From assembly GCA_002441095.1 (NCBI GenBank), contig DJVG01000032.1:59-64058 (forward strand): a stretch of DNA of 64,000 nucleotides, read 5' to 3'. Source of the stretch: Elusimicrobia bacterium UBA6262 (GTDB taxonomy: Bacteria; CAYTYR01; UBA6262). This document shows positions 56,235-64,000 of the stretch, piece after piece (within the stretch, counting starts at the first letter, position 1; every line of letters begins with the position of its first letter). The position numbers were made by a program, and so were the translations under genes. The notes beneath the pieces are model-generated. The model worked only from the letters and a program-made list of their open reading frames with translations. It was not told the origin of the DNA and did not search any database.

Positions 56235-57563
56235 CTAACGTACTGCTGGATTATATTTCAAACTATTCGGCAGGCAAGGACACTCAAAAGCGATATTGAA
56301 TTTGGCGATCTTGCCCTGGTTTTTCAGTTCGAAGAGCCGGGGCACCATTTTGTCCCGCAGGTTAACCGGATCAATAGTATTAATATAGATTTTGGTCCCG
56401 CCTTCAAAGCCAGCCGGCGTATTTACCCGCCACTTGATCAGGATATGCCAGGGCATGGCAAAATCAGCATCCAGTGGTTTGTAATACCATTCTTCATTAC
56501 AGGGAATGCGCGAACCCATAGCCGCATGGCAACCGTGGACAATATCGCTGAATCCTTTTATTTCTTCATCGCTCAATTCCCAGATATTTGAATATGGGCT
56601 CTTCGAATAGACCGCAATAGTCGGATACCGGTGGCCGAAATCGGCAAAAGCCACGGCATAATCGTTTTCCGCAAAAACCAGGTTCTGGTAGCCGGCATAA
56701 TTTGCTGCCAGCTCATTGTAAATGTTGGGGTTGCCCCGTACTAATTCACTTTCTTCCTCAATAGATGTACCCCATTCATCGATCGCCACCAATTGCTTAT
56801 GCAAATGGTCAAAACTGGCGCCGGCGCTGGAGAGCCAGTTCTGGAATACGCTGATGTACCGTACATAGCGGTTAGTCTGGTGGATAGCCTTGATCGCTTC
56901 AATAGTGAATTTAATATACCAGAAATGCTCTTCAGGAGTAAGTTCGCCGGAGGAACATAGTTGGGAATCATATTCAGCGGTTTCGCTATAATGCTTGTTA
57001 GCCACGACCAGCTCGTGACAGCCGCCAAAAAAGGCATCAGCCATGTCCAGTTTGGTTTCCCGGCTGATCTTTTGCGGCTCCTTGCCCAGCAGGGTTAATT
57101 TCATATCAATTATTTTGAAAACATGGTCCTGTCCCGCCTGGGTGGACATATAGTTATTTTTCCAGTTGACCAGGTCCTGCGGCAGGAAGAAGTAATAGTT
57201 CTTAACCCAGTAATCATAAGAGACTATTTCAAATAAATTCGGGATCCGGCGCAGTAAGGGTACGGTTGAGCCCAAGTCCTGGGCCGCCACATTATACAGG
57301 ATCTTATATTTATCGCCTTCTTTGATCAGCCGTGATTTTTCCGGCGGGGTATTTAAATAATTGGAGGCGCAGAAATTGCAGTAATTTTCCGGATCATGCC
57401 GTTCTATTTTTTTAGCATTCTTGGGTATCTCATTGGTGATGGGTTTGCCACCCCTGCCAGGAACGGTCCATACCTCGGTACCAGTAAAGGGATTTAGTTG
57501 TTTAATGGTGCCATCGGGCATTTTATCGATATACTTGCCGGTGATCGGCCGGTTATTGGCCAT
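56235..57563 (-). CDS. GalT-like (HIT-superfamily) nucleotidyltransferase-like protein
   Basis: GASFDHLHKQ matches the GalT G.S..H.H.Q active-site pattern; Cys pairs (CNFCASN). Start at the MANNRPITG ATG (57563). Confidence 0.4.
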   Translation of the reverse strand: MANNRPITGKYIDKMPDGTIKQLNPFTGTEVWTVPGRGGKPITNEIPKNAKKIERHDPENYCNFCASNYLNTPPEKSRLIKEGDKYKILYNVAAQDLGSTVPLLRRIPNLFEIVSYDYWVKNYYFFLPQDLVNWKNNYMSTQAGQDHVFKIIDMKLTLLGKEPQKISRETKLDMADAFFGGCHELVVANKHYSETAEYDSQLCSSGELTPEEHFWYIKFTIEAIKAIHQTNRYVRYISVFQNWLSSAGASFDHLHKQLVAIDEWGTSIEEESELVRGNPNIYNELAANYAGYQNLVFAENDYAVAFADFGHRYPTIAVYSKSPYSNIWELSDEEIKGFSDIVHGCHAAMGSRIPCNEEWYYKPLDADFAMPWHILIKWRVNTPAGFEGGTKIYINTIDPVNLRDKMVPRLFELKNQGKIAKFNIAFECPCLPNSLKYNPAVR

Positions 57564-57644
57564 ACACACTCCTCTGGCTTTCAAGATTAAGTATAAACAG
57601 CTTTATTTTACTTAAAAGGAGCCTATATTTCAACAAAAAGTTGC

Positions 57645-58193
57645 TTATTTCTTCTTTTCCGTAGAAGTAATTAAAAATTTAAAAACAAACTCTTTCTTTA
57701 CTCCTTTTATCTCCAGTGGAAAATACAAACCAAATTCCCGGCCAAGATAGGTTTTAGCGTCATTAGGGAATAAGGGCCCAACGTCCCAGCCATAATAGGC
57801 CATATCATTAGCCCGGAAAAAAATGTTTTGCGCCGGTATTATGGTTTCGGAAATTGATAATCCAGGCGGCACCACTACCGGGGCTTGCGGGGCAAACCGG
57901 TCAGAAAAACGAATATTGCTGGAAACGACCCGTAAACTCACGCCGCCGGGAGAAATGTATGACATTTCATCATAATTCAGCTTGATCCCGTTCGGGGTCT
58001 TGTTCTTTAGGTCAAAATTGATACTTTTATCATCCACCATGAAACTTATATCGATATCCTCATCGCTATAAGCAGTTGTCTCAGCGGGGACCGGAGATTT
58101 CATTTTGATGCCCCAATTAACCACGCTTACGGCACAACCATTCAGCACCATCAAAGCTAGAGTTAGAGCAAGTAGCAGATTCCTCTTACACAT
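57645..58193 (-). CDS. Hypothetical lipoprotein
   Basis: Lipobox LMVLNGCAVS. No recognisable domain. Confidence 0.45.
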   Translation of the reverse strand: MCKRNLLLALTLALMVLNGCAVSVVNWGIKMKSPVPAETTAYSDEDIDISFMVDDKSINFDLKNKTPNGIKLNYDEMSYISPGGVSLRVVSSNIRFSDRFAPQAPVVVPPGLSISETIIPAQNIFFRANDMAYYGWDVGPLFPNDAKTYLGREFGLYFPLEIKGVKKEFVFKFLITSTEKKK

Positions 58194-58282
58194 ATCGAAT
58201 CCTCAAATAGTTGCGAGTGTCAGGTTGCGGGTTCTATTATTAATAAAAACAAAACTCGTAACTCGCTAACTCATAACTGTTA

Positions 58283-59668
58283 TTACTTACCTAAGACACA
58301 TAATTTATTGGCTTCATCTACACAGCGTATTTTGCCATCGTTTCGCGCTGCCCGTTCCTCGATCCACTGCTGCGGGTTATGTTCAGGGATAAAACCACCT
58401 TGACGCACCACTTCATCCGGCAATTGAGAATATAGGTATATCTTGATCCTGGAATCTTTAAATAGCTTGATGACCCGGTCAGTCTTCCACATAAATAGCT
58501 TAAAATTCTTATCCACAAAGCTGATCCAGTCTTCCAGTGGCTTGTCCAGGTATTCTACCAAGGTATTCCAAAACAGTTCCATGGACTCTGGATCAGGACA
58601 GATACCACGGATATTTTCAGGTACTTCCGGCCGGCCGTTGCAGGGAGCTACAACCAGGGCTTCTCCCCCTGGCAGTAAAGCCCCTTTAATGACCATATCA
58701 AAACCATTTTGCACGTAATAGATAGTTTCGCTGGCTGGCGGACCGCCGGGTGATTGTACCAGGTATTTTGTTTTTTCCACTTCAAAGCCCAGGTACTTAT
58801 CGACAGCCGCAGTAACATCCTGGCAGACCAGGTCCGGGTCACCGCAGTCGATCCAGAATATTTTGTCTTTCTGGCTGACCATATCCAGCCCGAAGGTAAT
58901 AATTTCCGCTTCTTTGACTGTACCAGTCGCCTGGTCATAGAGATATTTTTCGCTCATTTTACGGCATTGCTTGCCATCCTGGGAAAAGGGATTATTCTGG
59001 CGGTACGGATCCTGGTGCCAGGCATTCTTGCCGGCTACCGAGTCATGGTGGTGCAAGGCCAGTTTATGATTAGCCTGGATAGACGCATGGGCAGATAACC
59101 CGGGGACAATATGCTTGTCAATACAGGAATAGCCGTTCATATAATGATACTTGGCCTCATGGCCATGTACCCTGATCGGGCAGGACAACCACATTTTATG
59201 GACAAACACAGGAGTATGGTAGGTCGTTTGTCCCAGGGTGATATAATCATCCTGGTGTTCACATTGGTTAGGAAATACCTGGTAGGAAAGTTTAAGCTCC
59301 TGGGCATACTGATGTATCCAGGCAATGATATTTTTAGCATATATTTCAGGGTGATGGGAACCGGTAGCGATAAAAACAAATACTTCAGCGGGCGAACCTG
59401 CGGCAATTTCAGCTAAAAGGCAGGAAATTATTTGTTCTTGTAAGCCAACTCGTAACTCATCGGATACTACAAGGCCTACTCTTTGGCCTTGAACAACATC
59501 ACGTAACTTAGGACGTTTTTTTGGGTTCATAAAACTCTGGCGGATGATCTCGCAGGGGGTCCCGGGGATAGACTGGCTCACTTTAGCTTGGATCAAGGGA
59601 CCGGCTAAAAATTGATTGTCCACATCCAGGGTAATTTTATCTTTGCCGTAGGTCAGTTCTATTTTCAC
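58283..59668 (-). CDS. LarA-like (DUF2088, nickel-pincer-dependent 2-hydroxyacid racemase/epimerase family) protein, divergent
   Basis: Aligns to LarA: GLVVSDELRVGL..FVFIATGSHHPE (LarA IISSDHTRPVP..ILVATGFHRPS) and HYMNGYSCIDKHIVPGLSAHASIQANH (LarA [27 protein letters not shown]). Start reassigned to GTG 59668, which is preceded by AAGGAGG 9 nt upstream. Confidence 0.55.
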   Translation of the reverse strand: MKIELTYGKDKITLDVDNQFLAGPLIQAKVSQSIPGTPCEIIRQSFMNPKKRPKLRDVVQGQRVGLVVSDELRVGLQEQIISCLLAEIAAGSPAEVFVFIATGSHHPEIYAKNIIAWIHQYAQELKLSYQVFPNQCEHQDDYITLGQTTYHTPVFVHKMWLSCPIRVHGHEAKYHYMNGYSCIDKHIVPGLSAHASIQANHKLALHHHDSVAGKNAWHQDPYRQNNPFSQDGKQCRKMSEKYLYDQATGTVKEAEIITFGLDMVSQKDKIFWIDCGDPDLVCQDVTAAVDKYLGFEVEKTKYLVQSPGGPPASETIYYVQNGFDMVIKGALLPGGEALVVAPCNGRPEVPENIRGICPDPESMELFWNTLVEYLDKPLEDWISFVDKNFKLFMWKTDRVIKLFKDSRIKIYLYSQLPDEVVRQGGFIPEHNPQQWIEERAARNDGKIRCVDEANKLCVLGK

Positions 59669-59764
59669 CTGGATAGACCTCCTTAAAATAGGCACCAAAT
59701 TAAAAAAAGCGGGAAGTTCAATGTTAGGCACAGAGTAAAAGAATTAGTAATTTTATTTCGCTTT

Positions 59765-59822
59765 GCGCCTGTTTTTGCCTTAAACTGTATGCCTTTGTGC
59801 CTTCTTTTTTCCTGTGTGCTTG
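59765..59822. repeat. TTTGTGCC / GGCACAAAG motif cluster upstream of the LarA-like gene
   Basis: CTTTGCGCCTGTTTTTGCC..CTGTATGCCTTTGTGCCTTCTTTTTTCCTGTGTGCTTGC. Confidence 0.45.
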
Positions 59823-60509
59823 CTATTTTATTTTATCGGGGAAATTAGAGATCACCCCAAAAACGCCTAACTGCCGGCATAAAGCAGCCTGTTTTTTTGA
59901 ATTCACGGTCCAGACATAAATATTCAGCCCAGCCGCTTTAGCGAGAGCAACTTTTTTACTGCTCACTTCATTAATAGGAGTAGAAATAGCACAGGCCTTA
60001 ATCAGGTCGGCGATTTTTAGCACCCGCGGGAACGGTTTACGCGTATGCAGCACCGCAATATTTATACTACGGCTCTTACTCCGTAAGTAGACCAGGGCTG
60101 GCCAGTTAAATGAACAGATGATCGGCGGATATTTTAGTTTAAAACGTTTTAATAGTTTTACTAAAGCATCAACCAGTGGTTGATAATTCCAGGCCGTATG
60201 ATATTTCAGTTCAATCATTAACTGCGGACCGAGATAATACGCTTTCAGCAGCTCGGCCAAGGTCGGGATACGCTCACCTTGTCCGGCATCATACTGCTTC
60301 AGTTCCTGCAGAGTATACCGGGCCAGACGGCCTTGCCCGTCTGTTGTCCTCTCGAGTCTGCGGTCATGAAAAACGACTATTTTATTATCCTTGGACAGCT
60401 GGATATCCAGCTCAAACCCATCCACGCCAAGTTCGTGAGCTTTATCAAATGCCAGTATTGTGTTTTCCGGATACTGGCCAGAAAATCCGCGATGGGCAAA
60501 TATTTTCAA
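59823..60509 (-). CDS. Glycerophosphodiester phosphodiesterase
   Basis: MKIFAHRGFSGQYPENTILAF...GFELDIQLSKDNKIVVFHD: GDPD motifs. Confidence 0.8.
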   Translation of the reverse strand: MKIFAHRGFSGQYPENTILAFDKAHELGVDGFELDIQLSKDNKIVVFHDRRLERTTDGQGRLARYTLQELKQYDAGQGERIPTLAELLKAYYLGPQLMIELKYHTAWNYQPLVDALVKLLKRFKLKYPPIICSFNWPALVYLRSKSRSINIAVLHTRKPFPRVLKIADLIKACAISTPINEVSSKKVALAKAAGLNIYVWTVNSKKQAALCRQLGVFGVISNFPDKIK

Positions 60510-60560
60510 CTTAGACCTCTGTGCCTGCTTTTTCTTTCAAACTTTGTGTCTTTGTGCCAT
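60510..60560. repeat. TTTGTGCC / GGCACAAAG motif cluster upstream of the GDPD gene
   Basis: CCTCTGTGCCTGCTTTTTCTTTCAAACTTTGTGTCTTTGTGCCATG. Confidence 0.45.
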
Positions 60561-60565
60561 GTTCT

Positions 60566-62395
60566 TTATTCCACTGTTACTGATTTAGCTAAGTTTCTCG
60601 GCTGGTCTACATCACAGCCGCGTCGTACAGCAATATGATAAGCCAATAATTGCAATGGGATCACATTGAGCAGAGGCGAGAGTACTTCCAGGGTTTCTGG
60701 TACATAGATAACATAGTTGGTTTTTTTCCTAATATTCTCATCACCGGCGGTGGCCAGGGCAATAATAATGCCGTCACGAGCTTTGACTTCCTCAATATTG
60801 GATAATACTTTTTCATAGGTTTTACATTTGGTGGCAATAGCCAGAACCGGCATATTTTCATCGATCAAGGCAATCGGGCCATGTTTCATTTCGCCGGCAG
60901 GATAACCTTCTGCATGGATATAGGAAATTTCTTTTAGTTTTAAGGCCCCTTCCAGGGCGATCGGATAATTAATATTGCGTCCCAGGTACAAAAAATCTGC
61001 TTTTTTAAAAAATTCGTGGGAAATTTTCAGGATCTCCTCATCCAGTTCCAGTATCTTTTCCACCTGGGAAGGAATATGCATCATTTTTTCAATGAGTTGG
61101 CGTGTTTCTTCCTGAGACATGATCCCACGCTTGCGGCCCAGATATAAAAGAATAATATAAAGAGCAGTCAATTGGGCGGTAAAAGCCTTGGTCGAAGCTA
61201 CCCCGATCTCTGGCCCGGCATGAGTATAGATCGTGCCGTCAGCTTCCCGGGTAATAGTACTGCCAACCACATTACAGACAGCTAATACTTTACTGCCTTT
61301 TGCTTTGGCTTCCCGCAGCCCTGCCAAAGTATCTGCTGTTTCTCCTGATTGGGAGATGACAATGACCAGTGTTTTACTGTCAATGATCGGATTGCGATAC
61401 CGGAATTCACTGGCGATATCTACCTCACTCGGGATACGGAGGTGATCTTCGAATAAATATTTGCCTACCATGCCCGCATGATAGCTGGTACCGCAAGCCA
61501 CGATAAATATCTTATTGATATTCTGGATATAATCAGGTTCCAGGGCCACTTCTTCCAGGAATACTTCTCCTTCTTCCGGCATGACCCGGCCGCGGAAAGT
61601 ATCACGGATAACCCGCGGCTGTTCATAGATCTCTTTCAGCATAAAGTGCCTAAAGCCGGCTTTTTCAGCCATGATCGGATCCCAAGTAATAGTATGGACT
61701 TTCTTTTTAACTTCAACTCCGGCTTGATCATAAATAATAATTCCGGCCAGTGTCAGCCGGGCCGTTTCCCCGTCATCCAGATAGATGATCTTCCTGGTCC
61801 GCTGGAGGATCGCTGGGACATCGCTGGCAATGAAATATTCATCCTCGCCTAAGCCTAAGATCAAGGGACTGCCATTGCGGGCAGCAACAACAGCATGAGG
61901 ATCTTTTTTAGAAATGACTCCTAGCGCATATGATCCCACCAGTTCCCGCAAGGTCGCTTGCAAGGCCTTGTGCAAATCGCCCTTAAAATGTTTTTCCAAT
62001 AAATGAGCCACCACTTCGGTATCAGTTTCGCTCTTGAAAGTATGGCCTTCCTGGATCAATTGCTTTTTCAGGAGATGATAATTTTCAATAATACCGTTAT
62101 GCACGACTACCAGGTCGCCGGTGCAATCTGTATGCGGATGGGCATTCTCTTCACTGGGTTTGCCATGGGTAGCCCAGCGGGTGTGGCCAATACCAACCGT
62201 CCCGGCTAACGGGTTTTGTACAACTACCTCTTCTAAATTAGCAAGCTTGCCGGCACTGCGGCGTAATTGGATCTGGCCATCTTGCAATACCGCTACCCCG
62301 GCGGAATCATAGCCCCGGTATTCCAACCGTTTTAATCCATCAATAAGTATACTGATCGCGTCTTTTTTCCCAATGTAGCCAACAATACCGCACAT
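60566..62395 (-). CDS. glmS: Glutamine--fructose-6-phosphate aminotransferase
   Basis: MCGIVGYIG N-terminal nucleophile; two SIS domains; C-terminal ...VTVE. Start at the MCGIVGY ATG (62395) with GGAGG SD. Confidence 0.9.
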   Translation of the reverse strand: MCGIVGYIGKKDAISILIDGLKRLEYRGYDSAGVAVLQDGQIQLRRSAGKLANLEEVVVQNPLAGTVGIGHTRWATHGKPSEENAHPHTDCTGDLVVVHNGIIENYHLLKKQLIQEGHTFKSETDTEVVAHLLEKHFKGDLHKALQATLRELVGSYALGVISKKDPHAVVAARNGSPLILGLGEDEYFIASDVPAILQRTRKIIYLDDGETARLTLAGIIIYDQAGVEVKKKVHTITWDPIMAEKAGFRHFMLKEIYEQPRVIRDTFRGRVMPEEGEVFLEEVALEPDYIQNINKIFIVACGTSYHAGMVGKYLFEDHLRIPSEVDIASEFRYRNPIIDSKTLVIVISQSGETADTLAGLREAKAKGSKVLAVCNVVGSTITREADGTIYTHAGPEIGVASTKAFTAQLTALYIILLYLGRKRGIMSQEETRQLIEKMMHIPSQVEKILELDEEILKISHEFFKKADFLYLGRNINYPIALEGALKLKEISYIHAEGYPAGEMKHGPIALIDENMPVLAIATKCKTYEKVLSNIEEVKARDGIIIALATAGDENIRKKTNYVIYVPETLEVLSPLLNVIPLQLLAYHIAVRRGCDVDQPRNLAKSVTVE

Positions 62396-62525
62396 AACTC
62401 CTCCATAATAAATTCCCAATTCCAAATTTCAAATGACAAATTAATTACCAATAACCAATGACAAATCTGTATGAAATTTGGGATTTAAGAGATTTATTTG
62501 TCATTTGGATTTTGTTATTTGATAT

Positions 62526-63239
62526 TTATTTTATTAATCGTATCATTTCCTTAATTGCTCTATCTAAGCCCACAAAAACAGCCTGGGCGATAATACTATG
62601 GCCGATATTCAGTTCAAGCATCCCTTTAATTTTAGCTATTGGGATCACGTTGTGATAATTCAGGCCATGGCCGGCATTAAGTCCAAGTTTAATTTTTACC
62701 GCTAGTTGAGCCGCCTGCCGCAATTTTTTGAGCTCAATATTTTGTTGTTTTTTATTGCCGGCATTAACGTAAAATCCTGTATGCAGTTCAATAATATCTG
62801 CCCCGATCTCGGCGCTGGCTTTGACCTGCTTTAAATCTGGAGCAATGAACAGACTGACGGGGATACCCTTCTGATGAAAGCGGTTGACAGCCTTTTTTAA
62901 TCTTTTCCCTCCCCGTACAACATCTAATCCGCCTTCAGTGGTCAGCTCTTTTCTTTTTTCCGGAACCAGCGTCACCATATCAGGTCCGATCTTTAAGGCA
63001 ACCTTGATTATTTCTTCAGTGGCAGCCATTTCCAGGTTTAATTTAGTTTTAATGGCCTGCCGCAAGGCATAAACATCCTGATCCTGGATATGCCGTCTGT
63101 CTTCACGCAAGTGCACAGTAATACCAAGAGCTCCGGCTTGTTCCGCTATCCTGGCCGCACCCAAGACATTCGGCTCCATACCCCCACGCGCTTGCCTTAA
63201 TGTCGCTATATGATCAATATTCACACACAAAACAGCCAT
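62526..63239 (-). CDS. pdxJ: Pyridoxine 5'-phosphate synthase
   Basis: [17 protein letters not shown]...[10 protein letters not shown]: PdxJ motifs. Confidence 0.85.
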   Translation of the reverse strand: MAVLCVNIDHIATLRQARGGMEPNVLGAARIAEQAGALGITVHLREDRRHIQDQDVYALRQAIKTKLNLEMAATEEIIKVALKIGPDMVTLVPEKRKELTTEGGLDVVRGGKRLKKAVNRFHQKGIPVSLFIAPDLKQVKASAEIGADIIELHTGFYVNAGNKKQQNIELKKLRQAAQLAVKIKLGLNAGHGLNYHNVIPIAKIKGMLELNIGHSIIAQAVFVGLDRAIKEMIRLIK

Positions 63240-63292
63240 ATTATAACCTCAAAGCGCATTTCTATACGCTACACGCTATACGCTTTCTATTT

Positions 63293-64000
63293 TCAGTGTC
63301 CCAGATAATATTTAACATATGCCCACAGCAATAAAGCCAATAAAAAAGAGATAAGTTTGACATCCAGGTTGCTGATCATATCGCGTTTACTGAAGCTTGG
63401 CCGTAGTTGCCAATGGAAGCGCTTAGCGGTGGTATTAGAGCTGGCATACAAATTAGCAATCTCTTTTTCCAGTGTTTCTACACTCAAGTTCGATAATATT
63501 TTCTTATCATGGACCAAGGCAATATCCCCGGTCTCTTCACTGACTACAATTACTGCCGCATCAGTTTCTTCGGTCAATCCTAATGCTGCCCGATGCCGGG
63601 TCCCCACAGATTTCGGCAGGTTAGTACTTTTAGATAAGGGCAGGATACAAGCCGCAGCAGCGATACGATCATGCCTGATGATCACTGCCCCATCATGCAA
63701 TGGGGAATTGGGAGTAAAAATCGTGCCTAACAGTTCGGCGCTGACTTCACTGTTGATCTTCGCTCCGCTTTCGATATAATTACGCAACCCGGTAGCCCGT
63801 TCCAGGGCAATAATCGCGCCCATTTTTTTAGCCGAGCAAACTTCGATAGCCTTGCCTATTTCCGTAACAAACTCCGGACGCAGAAAAACATTAGTAAAGC
63901 GATTAGCCCCGATTTGCGCCAAGGCATTGCGCAGTTCAGGCTGGAAGACAATAATAGCGGTAATCACTCCGATGGTCCAGAACCCTCCCATGATCCAGCG
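63293..64000 (-). CDS. cdaA: Diadenylate cyclase CdaA (DAC domain), N-terminus beyond window edge, with unusual C-terminal hydrophobic extension
   Basis: DAC motifs DGAVIIRHD...RHRAALGLTEETDA..VVSEETG. ORF is open to position 64000. The C-terminal tail ...NLDVKLISFLLALLLWAYV resembles a CdaR/YbbR N-terminal TM helix. Confidence 0.7.
   Translation of the reverse strand, partial: RWIMGGFWTIGVITAIIVFQPELRNALAQIGANRFTNVFLRPEFVTEIGKAIEVCSAKKMGAIIALERATGLRNYIESGAKINSEVSAELLGTIFTPNSPLHDGAVIIRHDRIAAAACILPLSKSTNLPKSVGTRHRAALGLTEETDAAVIVVSEETGDIALVHDKKILSNLSVETLEKEIANLYASSNTTAKRFHWQLRPSFSKRDMISNLDVKLISFLLALLLWAYVKYYLGH

Noticed and set aside
62396-62525. Possible glmS ribozyme in the 5' region of glmS
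   Set aside because: The 130-bp upstream region is AT-rich and lacks the GC-rich conserved core of the glmS ribozyme. It contains only AATGACAAAT / ATTTGTCATT direct and inverted repeats, which are more consistent with a promoter or operator.

Overview
This 64 kb window is a gene-dense bacterial chromosomal segment of about 45% GC, with 54 protein-coding genes. 50 of them lie on the minus strand and only 4 on the plus strand. I found no rRNA, tRNA, CRISPR array, transposase or integrase. The gene content suggests an anaerobic, Gram-negative-type organism: rubrerythrins, a KorAB-type 2-oxoacid:ferredoxin oxidoreductase, a DUF39/COG1900 homocysteine-type enzyme, Mfd followed by a SurA-like PpiC peptidylprolyl isomerase, PdxA and RsmA/KsgA (the last three in the order conserved in E. 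coli as surA-pdxA-rsmA), a BamB-like beta-propeller protein and LPP20-like lipoproteins. Second-messenger signalling is dense: two HD-GYP proteins, one GGDEF-PilZ membrane protein, CdaA and two orphan histidine kinases. Housekeeping genes include iscU, mfd, mnmA, nth, copA, rlmN, msrA, glmS, pdxJ, eda and ygiQ. The parts I consider most worth follow-up are: (i) a tandem pair of signal-peptide-less solute-binding-protein-like paralogs divergent from a GAF-HD-GYP phosphodiesterase; (ii) an HD-GYP protein and the large HEAT-repeat protein upstream of it that share a homologous N-terminal domain; (iii) a standalone LigD-type 3'-phosphoesterase domain protein; (iv) separate LarE-like and divergent LarA-like genes; (v) at least five families of short dispersed or tandem intergenic repeats, namely TATCAGG/CCTGATA arrays bracketing the kor operon, AGGTGTA octamer arrays directly upstream of start codons, a GATTACA-type motif shared by two promoters, an AT-rich ~110 bp element that in one copy carries a GC-rich palindrome upstream of copA, and GGCACAAAG motifs flanking the GDPD gene; and (vi) several near-consensus sigma70 promoters and intrinsic terminators that can be read directly.
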